A stretch of DNA of 64,000 nt from Polyangiaceae bacterium (lineage in GTDB: Bacteria; Myxococcota_A; Polyangia; Polyangiales; Polyangiaceae): assembly GCA_033763455.1 (NCBI GenBank), contig JANRKO010000006.1, forward strand, positions 416,001 through 480,000, written 5' to 3'. Below, one piece after another: positions 11,181 to 20,450 of the stretch; the stretch's first letter is position 1; the number at the start of each line of letters is the position of its first letter. The notes under the pieces are model-generated. The model was not told the DNA's origin and did no database searches. It saw nothing but the letters and a program-made list of their open reading frames with translations. The position numbers were made by a program, and so were the translations under genes.

Positions 11181-12638
11181 CTAGGCTTTGATTTCCAAGA
11201 TGGGGCCTTTGTTGAATTCGGAAAACCCAAAGCTGGTGTCGGGCACCCCAAAGGCGTTCAGGATGTTCACGTGGAGGTCGTTGATGCGGCGATATTCCCC
11301 GGGAATATCCAAGCGTATGTGCCTGCCGGTCTTGAAGTAATTGTTCACGTTGCCGAGCAGCACGAGCGGGATGTTGATGCTCCCGTGGGTGTTTCCCTGG
11401 CCCATGTTGGTGGTCCAGAGCAATAACGTGTTGTCGTAAACGCCGTGTTGCTTCAGTTTGTCTTGGAGCTTGTACACCTGCTGGGCATTCCACACTGAAA
11501 CGTTGATGTAGTTCTGCACGTCTTCCCACCAACTCATCTGCGCAGGATCAGCTGGGTTGAGCTCATACGGCACCTGCCCCGGCTGGAGAAAAATATGGGA
11601 GAGCTGGTGCCAGCGGCCGCGTTGCTGGGGGATCCAGGTAAATACGAGGTCATTACCTTCCTCGTTCATCTGAAAGGTGATGATACGTGTGAGGTCGCAG
11701 GCGAACGCCATCGCGGAAAGATCCATCATTACGTCTGCGATTTCTGGCTGCTGAGCGTAGTAGGAATCTTGCGATTGCTCCGGCTGGAGGCTGTAGTCAG
11801 CGGGGTAGGCGGGGGCAGCGCAGGTAGCCGTGGGCTTGCTAAGTACGTCAATTCGCTGCTCTACGCTGCGAAAGGCTTCCAAATATTGGTCCACCTTCTG
11901 CTGGTCGAGCGTGCTCAGGCTTGGGCGCAGGGCCGCGGCTTGGTCTAGCGCGGCATCCAGGACAGACTTCTGGCGCGCCCGCAACATGTCAGCAGACACT
12001 GGCATGGGCGTCGTGGTTTGAGTGGCGGCTCCGTTAGGGAATAGCTTGTTGAAAACGTTCCGAGGGCTATTTTCCGCGGGAACAGACTGCCCCTGCGCAA
12101 CCCACGAGACCGCACTCTTGCTGCCGTTGCCTTCCACTATCACCCCCAGCTGCATGCTGGCAAACCGCATGCTTTTGTCGTAGCCGAGCTTCTGCGCCAT
12201 GTAGTGGTCAAGCGAGATTCCGCCGCCAGTTACGTCGGTATCTGAGCGCTCAAGCTGCTCGTAGCCAGTCAAAATTGAGCAGTAGCCGTCGTGGTTGTTC
12301 CCAGCATTTTGCAGGCCTTCGAGCACCAGCACTTCGTTCCGAATCGACTCAAGCGGTTTTAGGATCTCGGTGAACTCGTAAGCAGGGTTATCCATGAACC
12401 CCACCCCTGAGGTCGGGAGCTCAGCGATTTTGCCGGACTTCTTGTCGTATTGAGGTTTGCCGGGCTCGGGGGGCCAGAAGGCGTCTGCGAACATCGCGTA
12501 AGGTTCGTGGTACGTGATCAGGCGGGCGGGGGCTGTCGCTTGGGCGCGGGCGACGCGCATTCCGTCCAACAAGGGTAACGCGATCAAGCAGCCAGCTCCT
12601 CCGTGGAGCAGGGTTCGTCGGGAGATGGATTTGCGCAT
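11181..12638 (-). CDS. DUF1552-family protein with Tat signal peptide
   Basis: SRRTLL.G.G..IALPLLD Tat leader; SLDHYMA, KSVLD, KVDQYL...RSVE.RI, AFACDLTR, WHQLSH, DNTLLLW motifs. Start at ATG 12638. Confidence 0.88.
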   Translation of the reverse strand: MRKSISRRTLLHGGAGCLIALPLLDGMRVARAQATAPARLITYHEPYAMFADAFWPPEPGKPQYDKKSGKIAELPTSGVGFMDNPAYEFTEILKPLESIRNEVLVLEGLQNAGNNHDGYCSILTGYEQLERSDTDVTGGGISLDHYMAQKLGYDKSMRFASMQLGVIVEGNGSKSAVSWVAQGQSVPAENSPRNVFNKLFPNGAATQTTTPMPVSADMLRARQKSVLDAALDQAAALRPSLSTLDQQKVDQYLEAFRSVEQRIDVLSKPTATCAAPAYPADYSLQPEQSQDSYYAQQPEIADVMMDLSAMAFACDLTRIITFQMNEEGNDLVFTWIPQQRGRWHQLSHIFLQPGQVPYELNPADPAQMSWWEDVQNYINVSVWNAQQVYKLQDKLKQHGVYDNTLLLWTTNMGQGNTHGSINIPLVLLGNVNNYFKTGRHIRLDIPGEYRRINDLHVNILNAFGVPDTSFGFSEFNKGPILEIKA

Positions 12639-12923
12639 GATTAAGCCGCTTCGCGAGGGGTAAACCTTCGACTTAGGTGGTGACAACAGTATGAGAGGTT
12701 GAGGCCTCGGTTGCCAACAGCACTTTGCGCCGCCGCGTCGTTTTTGACTGCAGCTAGAGCGCAACATCCGGTTGGACCTGGAAAGCGTCGCTATGGCGCT
12801 AGAGTGTGGCGCACTTAAGTAGCCTTAAGCGAACGGCACGAATCGCGAAGGTAGATGTGCGCTAGAGTGCGCTAAGGCAACTGAGCTGTGAGGTCGAAGC
12901 ATGCCCGCCTAGCCGGGCACGCC

Positions 12924-13661
12924 TCACCTCTGATTGAGGGCAGCCAACAATGCAGTGGCCTCCGCCTGGCGATAACCACCTACTTGGCCTGTCGCGAAGG
13001 GAGCGAGCGCGACCTTCGCTTGCTCGATATCGCCCATGCGCACCCAGCAAAGTGCTCGATTAAAGCGTGCTTCCGGTGCCAACGAACCAGTCGGTGCAAG
13101 CTCTAAGTAGCGCGACCACGCCTTCGCTGCCGCGGCCCAGTTGTGGGCCTGGAAGTGCAAGGAATGGGCCGCCCGGTACGCGCTCAATTCGACAGATGGC
13201 CCTTCCACTGACCCAGGGATGTTAGCCTGTGTGTTATTCACTCGTTGATGAGCGCTTGACGGCTCAAGATGCGAAGTGGCTGCGGATGGCGGGGCCACCT
13301 TTGCGACTGGGGTCTTCATCTCTGGGGCAGTCAATGCTGAGCCAGGTTCAGCGGGCACGGGCGGCGGTTTTGGGATCTTGTGAAGAGCCTTCATCCTAGG
13401 CATGGGCGCTTCACCTGATGAGCCAGTTGATGGTCCACGAAGCGCATTCATCAAACCCGCGAAAGCACCTTGGCTCGCAGCGAATGCCGTCGACCCGATG
13501 AGTAGGGCGGCTAGGGGAAACCAAAGCACAGGACGAAAAGGCCGTGCTTCTCGCTTTGCAAGCTTGCTGAGGATGGCGGCACGCGTGCGTCGCCCATCTT
13601 CCTCCGAAGTCGTGAGCTCGCGCAGCGCTTGGGTGGCCTCCGCCAGGGGATCTTCCATCAT
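12924..13661 (-). CDS. Putative anti-sigma factor: short N-terminal domain, one TM helix, Pro-rich linker, C-terminal TPR domain
   Basis: 4-nt overlap with the ECF sigma stop. TM VLWFPLAALLIGSTAFAA. TPR-like AAKAWSRYLELAPTGSLAPEARFNRALC. Confidence 0.7.
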   Translation of the reverse strand: MMEDPLAEATQALRELTTSEEDGRRTRAAILSKLAKREARPFRPVLWFPLAALLIGSTAFAASQGAFAGLMNALRGPSTGSSGEAPMPRMKALHKIPKPPPVPAEPGSALTAPEMKTPVAKVAPPSAATSHLEPSSAHQRVNNTQANIPGSVEGPSVELSAYRAAHSLHFQAHNWAAAAKAWSRYLELAPTGSLAPEARFNRALCWVRMGDIEQAKVALAPFATGQVGGYRQAEATALLAALNQR

Positions 13662-14257
13662 GTGTACACCCCCTTAGAAAGCTGAGCTCTCAGCTTCTTT
13701 CGAGCGTGAAATAGCCGGGTACGTACCGTTGCTTCGACGACGCCTAACACCGCGGCAGCTTCTACACTGGAACGTTCTTCCACGTCACACAATACAAACG
13801 CCACGCGTTGATCCAGTGGCAGTGAATCGAGCGCCCTGTTGAGCCGATCGGCGAGCTCTCGGCGTTCCAAATCGTGATGGGGGGTGTAGGTCGTCTCGTT
13901 GGTCGCGCCGCTCAACACGCGTTCCGCGGCGGCTCTTCGGCGAGCGGCTGCGCGCACGAAGTGGCGAGCCCGATTGGCGGCGATGCCCAAAATAAAGGTG
14001 CGCAGACTGCTCTGTCCTTCAAATTTGCGAACCGCTTTCGGCAAAGTAAGAAACACTTCCTGAACCAAATCCTCTGCGCTGGCCCGGTCTCCCACCAGCC
14101 GGACGGCGAAAGCGCGTACAGCCTGATGATGCTCATCGTACACTGCCCCAAGTGCGCTCGCATCTGACGTCTTGAGTCGATCTAACAGGTGTTGACCGGG
14201 GATCGAGAAGCCTGCCACATGGTCGGTCACCGCGAAGTGGAAGCTAGCAGTGGTCAT
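13658..14257 (-). CDS. ECF RNA polymerase sigma factor
   Basis: Region 2 AEDLVQEVFL...FEGQSSLRTFI; region 4 LDSLPLDQRVAFVL...EAAAVLGVVEATVRTRLFHAR. Confidence 0.95.
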   Translation of the reverse strand: MTTASFHFAVTDHVAGFSIPGQHLLDRLKTSDASALGAVYDEHHQAVRAFAVRLVGDRASAEDLVQEVFLTLPKAVRKFEGQSSLRTFILGIAANRARHFVRAAARRRAAAERVLSGATNETTYTPHHDLERRELADRLNRALDSLPLDQRVAFVLCDVEERSSVEAAAVLGVVEATVRTRLFHARKKLRAQLSKGVYT

Positions 14258-14296
14258 CTTGGCGGGGGAGGGGCACAGGGGAAAACGTGGACTTTA

Positions 14297-14331
14297 GCCC
14301 TGAGTTCCCGCCGGCAGAAGGATCGTTCAAA
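14297..14331 (-). promoter_or_regulatory. Predicted ECF promoter upstream of the sigma gene (TTTGAAC-N13-GCGGGAAC-N3-GGGC)
   Basis: Same blocks and spacing as 19736-19770; lies 40 nt before the sigma ATG. Confidence 0.75.
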
Positions 14332-14398
14332 CTTTCTTCGCCCCCAGATTATGTCAATGTTTACGGCACATTAGCACCGGTGTGGTCCCCGTGCTCGG

Positions 14399-15958
14399 CT
14401 AGAACAGACCTAGCCCCACAAACCCCTCGGGTGCCAGTTGAACGCTGGGCCCCTCGAATGTGTTGCGAGCCCCCACTCCCGCGAACGCTCCGAGGTGTCC
14501 GAAATCCAAGCCCAACATGGCACGGTATTCGACGCCTTGACGTGGGGTTTCGCTTTTTTCTGTCTCAGCTTCGACGAAGTACTGGATGTCTCCCGCTACA
14601 TAGAACGGCTCCTTTCCTACCTCAATACCCATGCCTGAGCTCGCCGTCGCAACGGTCGGCTTCGCCTTGGTAGCAGTATCGGAAACGTTGGCTTCTAACG
14701 GGCTCGCCACGCCGAGAGAGACCAGCGTGTAGAGTGGGCCTCGGCTATTTTTGTATCCAAATGACAAAGATGAGCGGTAGCCGCTGTCGGTGTCTTGGAC
14801 GGTAGCCCACGTTTGTGCTTGATGGCGTCCGTTCTTGACCACGTTCACTAAGCCAATAGGCATGCCGGTGAGGTTGTCGGAGATGTTCACCAACCCAATC
14901 TGTACGCCTTCTACATCGCCACCGATGTTCATCAGGCTAACCTGTGCCCCCTTCACATTTTTGGCGACATTTAGGAGGCCTGCAGCCTCCAAGCCTGTCA
15001 GGTCTTGGTTTACGTTTACGGCTCCGGCGAACAGCGCTCCCGTTGCTTCGGCTCGTTGGAGGTTAAACAACCCCGAATTGACCACCCCCACGATTGGCCC
15101 GCTGCCATAGCTTACGAGCCCCGAACTCACGTAGCCGTGGGTGGGGCCCGCCCATTGCGCGTAGAGCCCAGCGAAGAGTGCTCCTTCGGTGGGGCCATCG
15201 ACTCGCAGCGCTCCAGCCGTTAATCCGACGCCGGATATGCCGTACACTCGGCTGTAGGCAAAGCCAAGTTCGCCGCGAAAACGCTTGGCTTCGGTGTTCG
15301 GCACCAGAGTGATGGGGTGGAAGAAACTCAGATTCCCGAGCTCCAAGGCCGGAAGGGGGAGTGCTGGGGCAGTGTTCTTTCGCGTGAGCTCGCGTGAGGC
15401 CCCCGCTGAGGTGGGCTGCGTTGATTTTTCAGCTGTGCCTTTGTTTGGCGGAGCTTTGACGTCGGAAGGAGCACCGCCTTCGGGGATTGTACTGGCTGCC
15501 GGTGGGTTCGCCGAGGGCGTAAGCTCCGCCAAAAGACCCGCTGTTTGGTCGGAAATTAGATTGCTAACGAGCCAAAACAACACGTCCGCACGTTCACCTG
15601 TTCGTTTCGGTAGCGGGACACTACGTACGAGTTCCGGATCATCATGGAGCTGGTAACGCACCAGGGCTTCATCTTCGCCCTGCCTTTGGATCTGCAGGCG
15701 GCCATCGTACGCCTGACTGTCTGATGTGAATTTGTGACCTAATTCCTGGTGCAGTCGCGATCGGAGCTCGGTTCCGTCCACCGCTATGCGCGGATCGATT
15801 TCCAGGAGTAAGGTGAGCGGTGCGCGGGCGTGATCGACGGATTTCTCCGGTGCTGGCTCGCTGGTTGACGCCCCCGTGGCCGGTGGCACTGCGTTTTCCG
15901 CGTAAGCGGCGGATGAACTCACCAAAAGAGAAACGAGTGGCGGTAAGGATACTTTCAT
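14399..15958 (-). CDS. Secreted/outer-membrane protein with beta-solenoid (LA_2272-like) repeats and a probable C-terminal beta-barrel
   Basis: Signal peptide ending AYA; repeats GLEAAGLLN, GAQVSLMN, GVQIGLVN, GMPIGLVN; amphipathic C-terminal strands ending in Phe (FVGLGLF). Confidence 0.7.
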   Translation of the reverse strand: MKVSLPPLVSLLVSSSAAYAENAVPPATGASTSEPAPEKSVDHARAPLTLLLEIDPRIAVDGTELRSRLHQELGHKFTSDSQAYDGRLQIQRQGEDEALVRYQLHDDPELVRSVPLPKRTGERADVLFWLVSNLISDQTAGLLAELTPSANPPAASTIPEGGAPSDVKAPPNKGTAEKSTQPTSAGASRELTRKNTAPALPLPALELGNLSFFHPITLVPNTEAKRFRGELGFAYSRVYGISGVGLTAGALRVDGPTEGALFAGLYAQWAGPTHGYVSSGLVSYGSGPIVGVVNSGLFNLQRAEATGALFAGAVNVNQDLTGLEAAGLLNVAKNVKGAQVSLMNIGGDVEGVQIGLVNISDNLTGMPIGLVNVVKNGRHQAQTWATVQDTDSGYRSSLSFGYKNSRGPLYTLVSLGVASPLEANVSDTATKAKPTVATASSGMGIEVGKEPFYVAGDIQYFVEAETEKSETPRQGVEYRAMLGLDFGHLGAFAGVGARNTFEGPSVQLAPEGFVGLGLF

Positions 15959-16725
15959 CGGCGGGCCTCAAAGCGACAGGTGTAACGGATCCAGGTTGCT
16001 ACGGGGTTCCCCTGGTTATCGCGGGGCGCTCCCCAGAGCGAATTCTTGATGGTTTTTGCGCAAGCTTCGGCAAAGTCGGGCAGAGAGGCGGCCACCGGTT
16101 CAACGGCGCGTACCAGGCCATCCGCGTCAACACGTGCACGGAGCGTGGCCTTGCCGTTGAGCCCGAGTTGGCGCGCTGCGATCGGGTAGTTGTGTTCCAG
16201 CGCCGAGCTAAGATCTGGTGGGGTCGGCTTCCTTCCGAGTGCGGAGAGTGCCACCAGAGCTGGCTTTTTGCGTGCAGGCTCTGGGTTCGTTGAAGGCGCC
16301 GCACGGGTGCTTGCGGAAGCGCGAAGGATCGTGGTGCGCGTCGAGCTAATAGCAAAGCCAGGCGAATCTGAAAGGTCACTCAAAACGTCGGCCGCTGTGT
16401 CGGGCTGCAACGTGGAGGCGTCGGTGCTTGGCGGCGGTTCGAGAGGTGGCTCCGAGGGTGCCGCCTGCTGTTGCACGTCGGCACGCTCCCGTGGCTTTTC
16501 CGGTTCAGGCGCAGATACCGGTGGCGGTAACGGCACTTCTTCAGGCTCTGGCAGGTCAACGATACCAACCTCAATCGGCCCCGGAGGCACCACTGGTATC
16601 GGAGGAGAACCAACACTTGCGCTCAGCATCCCCAAATGCAACGCTCCGCTTACTATCACCAATAGGGCATGTACCCAGCCTGATTCCGTGCGCGCACCAA
16701 CCATGGTTAAGTCAGACGGCTTCAT
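15955..16725 (-). CDS. tonB: Energy transducer TonB
   Basis: TM with S-x3-H (VSGALHLG), Pro-rich linker, C-terminal YPIAARQLGLNGKATLRARVDADG...APRD.QGNPV...YTCRF. ATG 16725 overlaps the upstream TGA. Confidence 0.85.
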   Translation of the reverse strand: MKPSDLTMVGARTESGWVHALLVIVSGALHLGMLSASVGSPPIPVVPPGPIEVGIVDLPEPEEVPLPPPVSAPEPEKPRERADVQQQAAPSEPPLEPPPSTDASTLQPDTAADVLSDLSDSPGFAISSTRTTILRASASTRAAPSTNPEPARKKPALVALSALGRKPTPPDLSSALEHNYPIAARQLGLNGKATLRARVDADGLVRAVEPVAASLPDFAEACAKTIKNSLWGAPRDNQGNPVATWIRYTCRFEARR

Positions 16726-17663
16726 GGCGCGCTGGGCTCCAAACATAGCGAGAGTTCCACGAAATCGGCTCCGCCACGCAGATCCCGAACGAACACAAAG
16801 AAGCTTACGGGGGTGTCGTTTTCGACCGTAGCGGGTGCCTCCCACAGTACGGAAATCGCGCGATTGGGCTCGTCCGGAGTTAGGGCCGAATACCTGCGCG
16901 CCAATTTCCCAAGCGTAGAAAAATGGGAAATTAACAGGGATTCTCGGGTTGGTTGCCGCGTGGTGGAGGTGCTCAGCGCTTCGCGTGCGGTGTCGGCGAA
17001 CAAAAGGGTTAGCGTGTGTTGGCCTGAGCCAGCTCGCACCCGTGGCCCAGCTGAAGCGGCGCATTCGGAGGGTGTTTTGGTTAGCAGTGCTGGCCACTCG
17101 GTGTCGTCGAAGTGCACGATCTCTATTTTGGGGTTGTGGTTCGGAGTGACCGGATTGGTGATAACCCGAAGCTCGGCTGGAAGAGGAGCTGAGGTGGTGT
17201 CTCTGCATCCTATGCCTTGTGGGAAATCCAAGAGAGATACGCCTGAGTTTGGGCAGAATGCGCCCCGAATGAGCAGTGTCGAGGGTTGTGCGGTTTGGTT
17301 CGGATGCGGCGGCACTCTGAAGCTTAGTTGAGCCCGCGGTGAAGCTGTCGTGTCATCCGAAGTGAAGCTCGTAAATGGTTCAGTTTCGCACTCACCGGCG
17401 CCAAAGCTGGTAGCTGTGGCCCAACAGACCTCAAAGGCCCAGCCGAATCCTTGGAAGGGGTCGGGGGAGCCGGCGACGAATTCCACGGCCACCGTTTCTA
17501 GAGTGCTAGGCTCAGCACGCGTTTCGTCACCCACCACGTGCACCGTTGCGCCAAGTACTCGCGGCTCATCAAGATCTTGCGCGCGCTTGAGCGGATCATC
17601 ACACGCGTTGAGCAGGCACAAGCCGAGCACTACGGCGCCTGCCAACCTCACTGAATCAGTCAT
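16722..17663 (-). CDS. Lipoprotein co-transcribed with the TonB-dependent receptor
   Basis: Lipobox LNAC; PRVLG, N.NP, W.AP and VRDLRGG motifs recalled from myxobacterial TBDR-associated lipoproteins; 4-nt overlaps at both ends. Confidence 0.75.
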   Translation of the reverse strand: MTDSVRLAGAVVLGLCLLNACDDPLKRAQDLDEPRVLGATVHVVGDETRAEPSTLETVAVEFVAGSPDPFQGFGWAFEVCWATATSFGAGECETEPFTSFTSDDTTASPRAQLSFRVPPHPNQTAQPSTLLIRGAFCPNSGVSLLDFPQGIGCRDTTSAPLPAELRVITNPVTPNHNPKIEIVHFDDTEWPALLTKTPSECAASAGPRVRAGSGQHTLTLLFADTAREALSTSTTRQPTRESLLISHFSTLGKLARRYSALTPDEPNRAISVLWEAPATVENDTPVSFFVFVRDLRGGADFVELSLCLEPSAP

Positions 17664-19723
17664 AGTTCTCCTCGCAGACCAAAGTTCGGGAAAATCGGCA
17701 TGCCGCGAGCGGGTTCGCGTTTTTTGTAGTCAAAGCTGTAGGTGTAGCCCTGGGCGTTGGGAGCGTTGTACGCGTTCATGACCTCAAGGAAGGTGCTAAG
17801 CTTGATGGCTCCTAGATCGAACTCCTTGTCCGCTCGAAGATCCAGCTGGTGGAAGGTGGGAGAGCGGTTGGTGTTGATGCCTGCGTAGAGAGGTCGGTAT
17901 TGGTCGATTCTGGCGTCGTAAACGGAGCCTACGATGTCCGTGCTCGGGTTTCCGGAAGTTAATCTAAATCTGGTGCCTAGTGTCCAGCCACGCCCGAGCT
18001 TGTAGGAGCCAACCAAAGAGAGTACGTGAGGTTGATCATTGTCGAAAAGGCGCCAGCTTTCGTTGCGATCTCGGCGCTCGCTGCGGCTCACGGTGTAGGC
18101 TAACGAGCCTCGCAGGCGTTCGGTGAGTTCGCCTTCCGCGCCCAACTCAGCGCCGTAAATACGCCCTGCTCCGTTGTTTTCGAAAACGGGTGGCTCCCCA
18201 CCTGCCGTGCCCACCACACGCTGGTACAAGCGTTTGTAGAACCCAGTGCTCGTGAGCTTCAATCCCCCAAGCCTCCGCTCTATTCCGAGGCTTTGCTGCC
18301 ACGCATGAAACGGCGAGAGGTTTGGATTAGTGAAGTTTTCAAGTGCCTGGTAGTAAATGGGAGGTTGCGAAAAGAGTCCGCTTGCCGCGATAAGGCTGGA
18401 GTCGGGATCTATTTCGTAGCGAGTGCTCAGCCGCGGATTCACCGTCCAGGCTTTGAGGTTGCTGTAGTAGTCGGTGCGCAGCCCCACAGTCTGAGTAAAG
18501 CGCCGTGAGAGCGGCAGCGTAAGTTCAGCGAACCAAGCCGGCGCCACCTGCACAATGGTGTCGGTGATGCTAGCTTCAGCAACCGTGCCAGGGGGTGCTT
18601 GATTCACTGGGTTTCCCTCGTTTTGCGTCGGTGGTGGCCCGTAGTAGCTACCCACCAACCGGAAGCTCTGAACGTCCACACCCGTATCTAGGCGAGCCTT
18701 TCCGCCGAATGCGATTTGATACAAGGCGCGGAGCGAAGCGTCGAAGGTCGAAAAGTGGCTTTGCCAAGGACCGAAAGTCTGCACGCCGAGCTGTTTGCCG
18801 AATGCAACGGATAGCTCCTCATTCACGCTCTCAGAGAGCTTGGCGTGGGAACGCACACTCAAGCGGTGAAACTCCACGAGGCCTTCAAGATCGCCCGAGA
18901 GAACAGGGCTTGCAGCATTGGGTTCATCAAAGCGCAAGTGCAGTGAATCACGGCTGCCATAGGCCATCACTTCGAGCGATCGATCCCGATTGAGCTCGTG
19001 CCGAACCAGGCCTTGGTAGTCGTAATAAACGGGCGCGGCCACCGTCGAGAAGACGTCTTTGGGTACCAAATGGTCGAAGTAGAGTTCCAGGTTGCTGCGC
19101 CGTACCCCCGCGAACATCGACGTCGTGGACGTTACGGGTGTTTCGATGAGTGCGCTCGAATCGAGGAGCGAGAGTTGCAGAGTCGAGTGCAATCTATCCG
19201 TGCGAGGCTTGCGTGTCTTGATGTCGACAATCCCACCGGTAGCTCGGCCGTACTTTACGCTAAAATTTCCGGGATGGACCTCTACCGACTCCAGAAATTG
19301 CGAGTTGAAAAAGCTCGTGGCACCGCCGAGATGAAACAAGAGGGGCACGGGTGCGCCGTCCAAAAAGACTTGGCTTTCATCGCTCGCACTTCCGCGAAAG
19401 AAGGGCGTATCGCCATCCCCCCGCGCAACGCCGGGCAATATCGCGATTGCTCGCACGGCATCACCACCGGTTCCGGCCATTGTTTGTACTTGCTCTTGGC
19501 TGAGGTTGTGGTGTGTGGCGCCAGAGGTGGGTGAAACCACCTGAGCTGTTGCGCCAAACTCTTCTTCAGTTGTGGTTTCAGTGGCTGCATCGGGGAGCGG
19601 TGGCTTCTGGGAGCCATCAGCAGGCGCAACTTCATCGGTTTGGGCTAGGGCCAGGTTAGCGAGTAGCCAGGCCGCAATAGCGAGCAAAAGTGCGATAATT
19701 GCCGGAGGAAATCGATTGGGCAC
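17660..19723 (-). CDS. TonB-dependent receptor
   Basis: Signal peptide; plug GTGGDAVRAI..LPGV, FLDG.PVP.LFH.GG, YGRATGG.VDI; barrel with FHQLDLRADK and C-terminal FGLRGEL. Confidence 0.92.
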   Translation of the reverse strand: MPNRFPPAIIALLLAIAAWLLANLALAQTDEVAPADGSQKPPLPDAATETTTEEEFGATAQVVSPTSGATHHNLSQEQVQTMAGTGGDAVRAIAILPGVARGDGDTPFFRGSASDESQVFLDGAPVPLLFHLGGATSFFNSQFLESVEVHPGNFSVKYGRATGGIVDIKTRKPRTDRLHSTLQLSLLDSSALIETPVTSTTSMFAGVRRSNLELYFDHLVPKDVFSTVAAPVYYDYQGLVRHELNRDRSLEVMAYGSRDSLHLRFDEPNAASPVLSGDLEGLVEFHRLSVRSHAKLSESVNEELSVAFGKQLGVQTFGPWQSHFSTFDASLRALYQIAFGGKARLDTGVDVQSFRLVGSYYGPPPTQNEGNPVNQAPPGTVAEASITDTIVQVAPAWFAELTLPLSRRFTQTVGLRTDYYSNLKAWTVNPRLSTRYEIDPDSSLIAASGLFSQPPIYYQALENFTNPNLSPFHAWQQSLGIERRLGGLKLTSTGFYKRLYQRVVGTAGGEPPVFENNGAGRIYGAELGAEGELTERLRGSLAYTVSRSERRDRNESWRLFDNDQPHVLSLVGSYKLGRGWTLGTRFRLTSGNPSTDIVGSVYDARIDQYRPLYAGINTNRSPTFHQLDLRADKEFDLGAIKLSTFLEVMNAYNAPNAQGYTYSFDYKKREPARGMPIFPNFGLRGEL

Positions 19724-19735
19724 GTGGGTTCCTTT

Positions 19736-19770
19736 GCCCTTCGTTCCCGCTTGGCTAAGAAGGGTTCAAA
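19736..19770 (-). promoter_or_regulatory. Predicted ECF promoter upstream of the TBDR operon (TTTGAAC-N13-GCGGGAAC-N3-GGGC)
   Basis: Matches 14297-14331; followed by an AAAGGAA RBS and the GTG start at 19723; A-tract just upstream. Confidence 0.75.
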
Positions 19771-19833
19771 TATTTTTTTGCCGCAACCTACGGCGGGGGG
19801 CCTTGAGGCACGGCGGGGGGCGGCTATCTGCCC

Positions 19834-20445
19834 TTAAGAACCTAACGTGCGCCTGTCGTCGATGGCGCGGCCTAGCGTGATCTGATCCGCAAATTCAAGG
19901 TCGCCACCGTGGGGGATGCCGCTTGCGATTCTCGTGAGCTTCACGCCGCGTTTGCCGAGTTCACGCGCCAAGAAAAGTGCTGTGGCTTCCCCGTCCACCG
20001 AGGGTGGCGTAGCGATGATGGCTTCCTCTACGCCTTGTTCAGCGGTGAGGGTGAGAAGCTGCCGCAATGGCAATTCTTCAGGACCAATTCCATCGAGCGG
20101 GGAAAGTAATCGACCGAGCACAAAGTAGCGCCCGCGCATGGCACCACTGCGTTCGATAGCCAAGAGGTCTTGCACGCGTGCAACGATGCAGAGCAGGCGC
20201 GCTTCGCGCCGAGGATCTTGGCAAACTCGGCACAAGGAAGGCCCGGGGTTTGCTCGCTCTGCGATATTGCCGCACCGTTCACAGACACAGATACTTGAGG
20301 AGAGCTCAGTTAGCTCTTTTCCAAGCTGCGCGGCGAGGTCCTGATTTTGGATCAAATACAGAGCGAAGCGCTGAGCAGTCTTCTCACCCACTCCCGGAAA
20401 GCGGCTAAGGAGCTGTATCAACCGTGTGAGCTTGATAGGGAGCAT
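19834..20445 (-). CDS. recR: Recombination mediator RecR
   Basis: HhH FPGVGEKTAQR, C4 zinc finger, Toprim YFVL...LSPLDGIGP, EATA, TRIASGIPHGGDLEFAD. Confidence 0.97.
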   Translation of the reverse strand: MLPIKLTRLIQLLSRFPGVGEKTAQRFALYLIQNQDLAAQLGKELTELSSSICVCERCGNIAERANPGPSLCRVCQDPRREARLLCIVARVQDLLAIERSGAMRGRYFVLGRLLSPLDGIGPEELPLRQLLTLTAEQGVEEAIIATPPSVDGEATALFLARELGKRGVKLTRIASGIPHGGDLEFADQITLGRAIDDRRTLGS

Positions 20446-20450
20446 GGCAG

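Noticed and set aside
16726..17208. Long N-terminal extension of TonB in the ORF track
   Set aside because: Overlaps the lipoprotein gene in another frame; ATG 16725 gives a canonical TonB with an ATGA overlap
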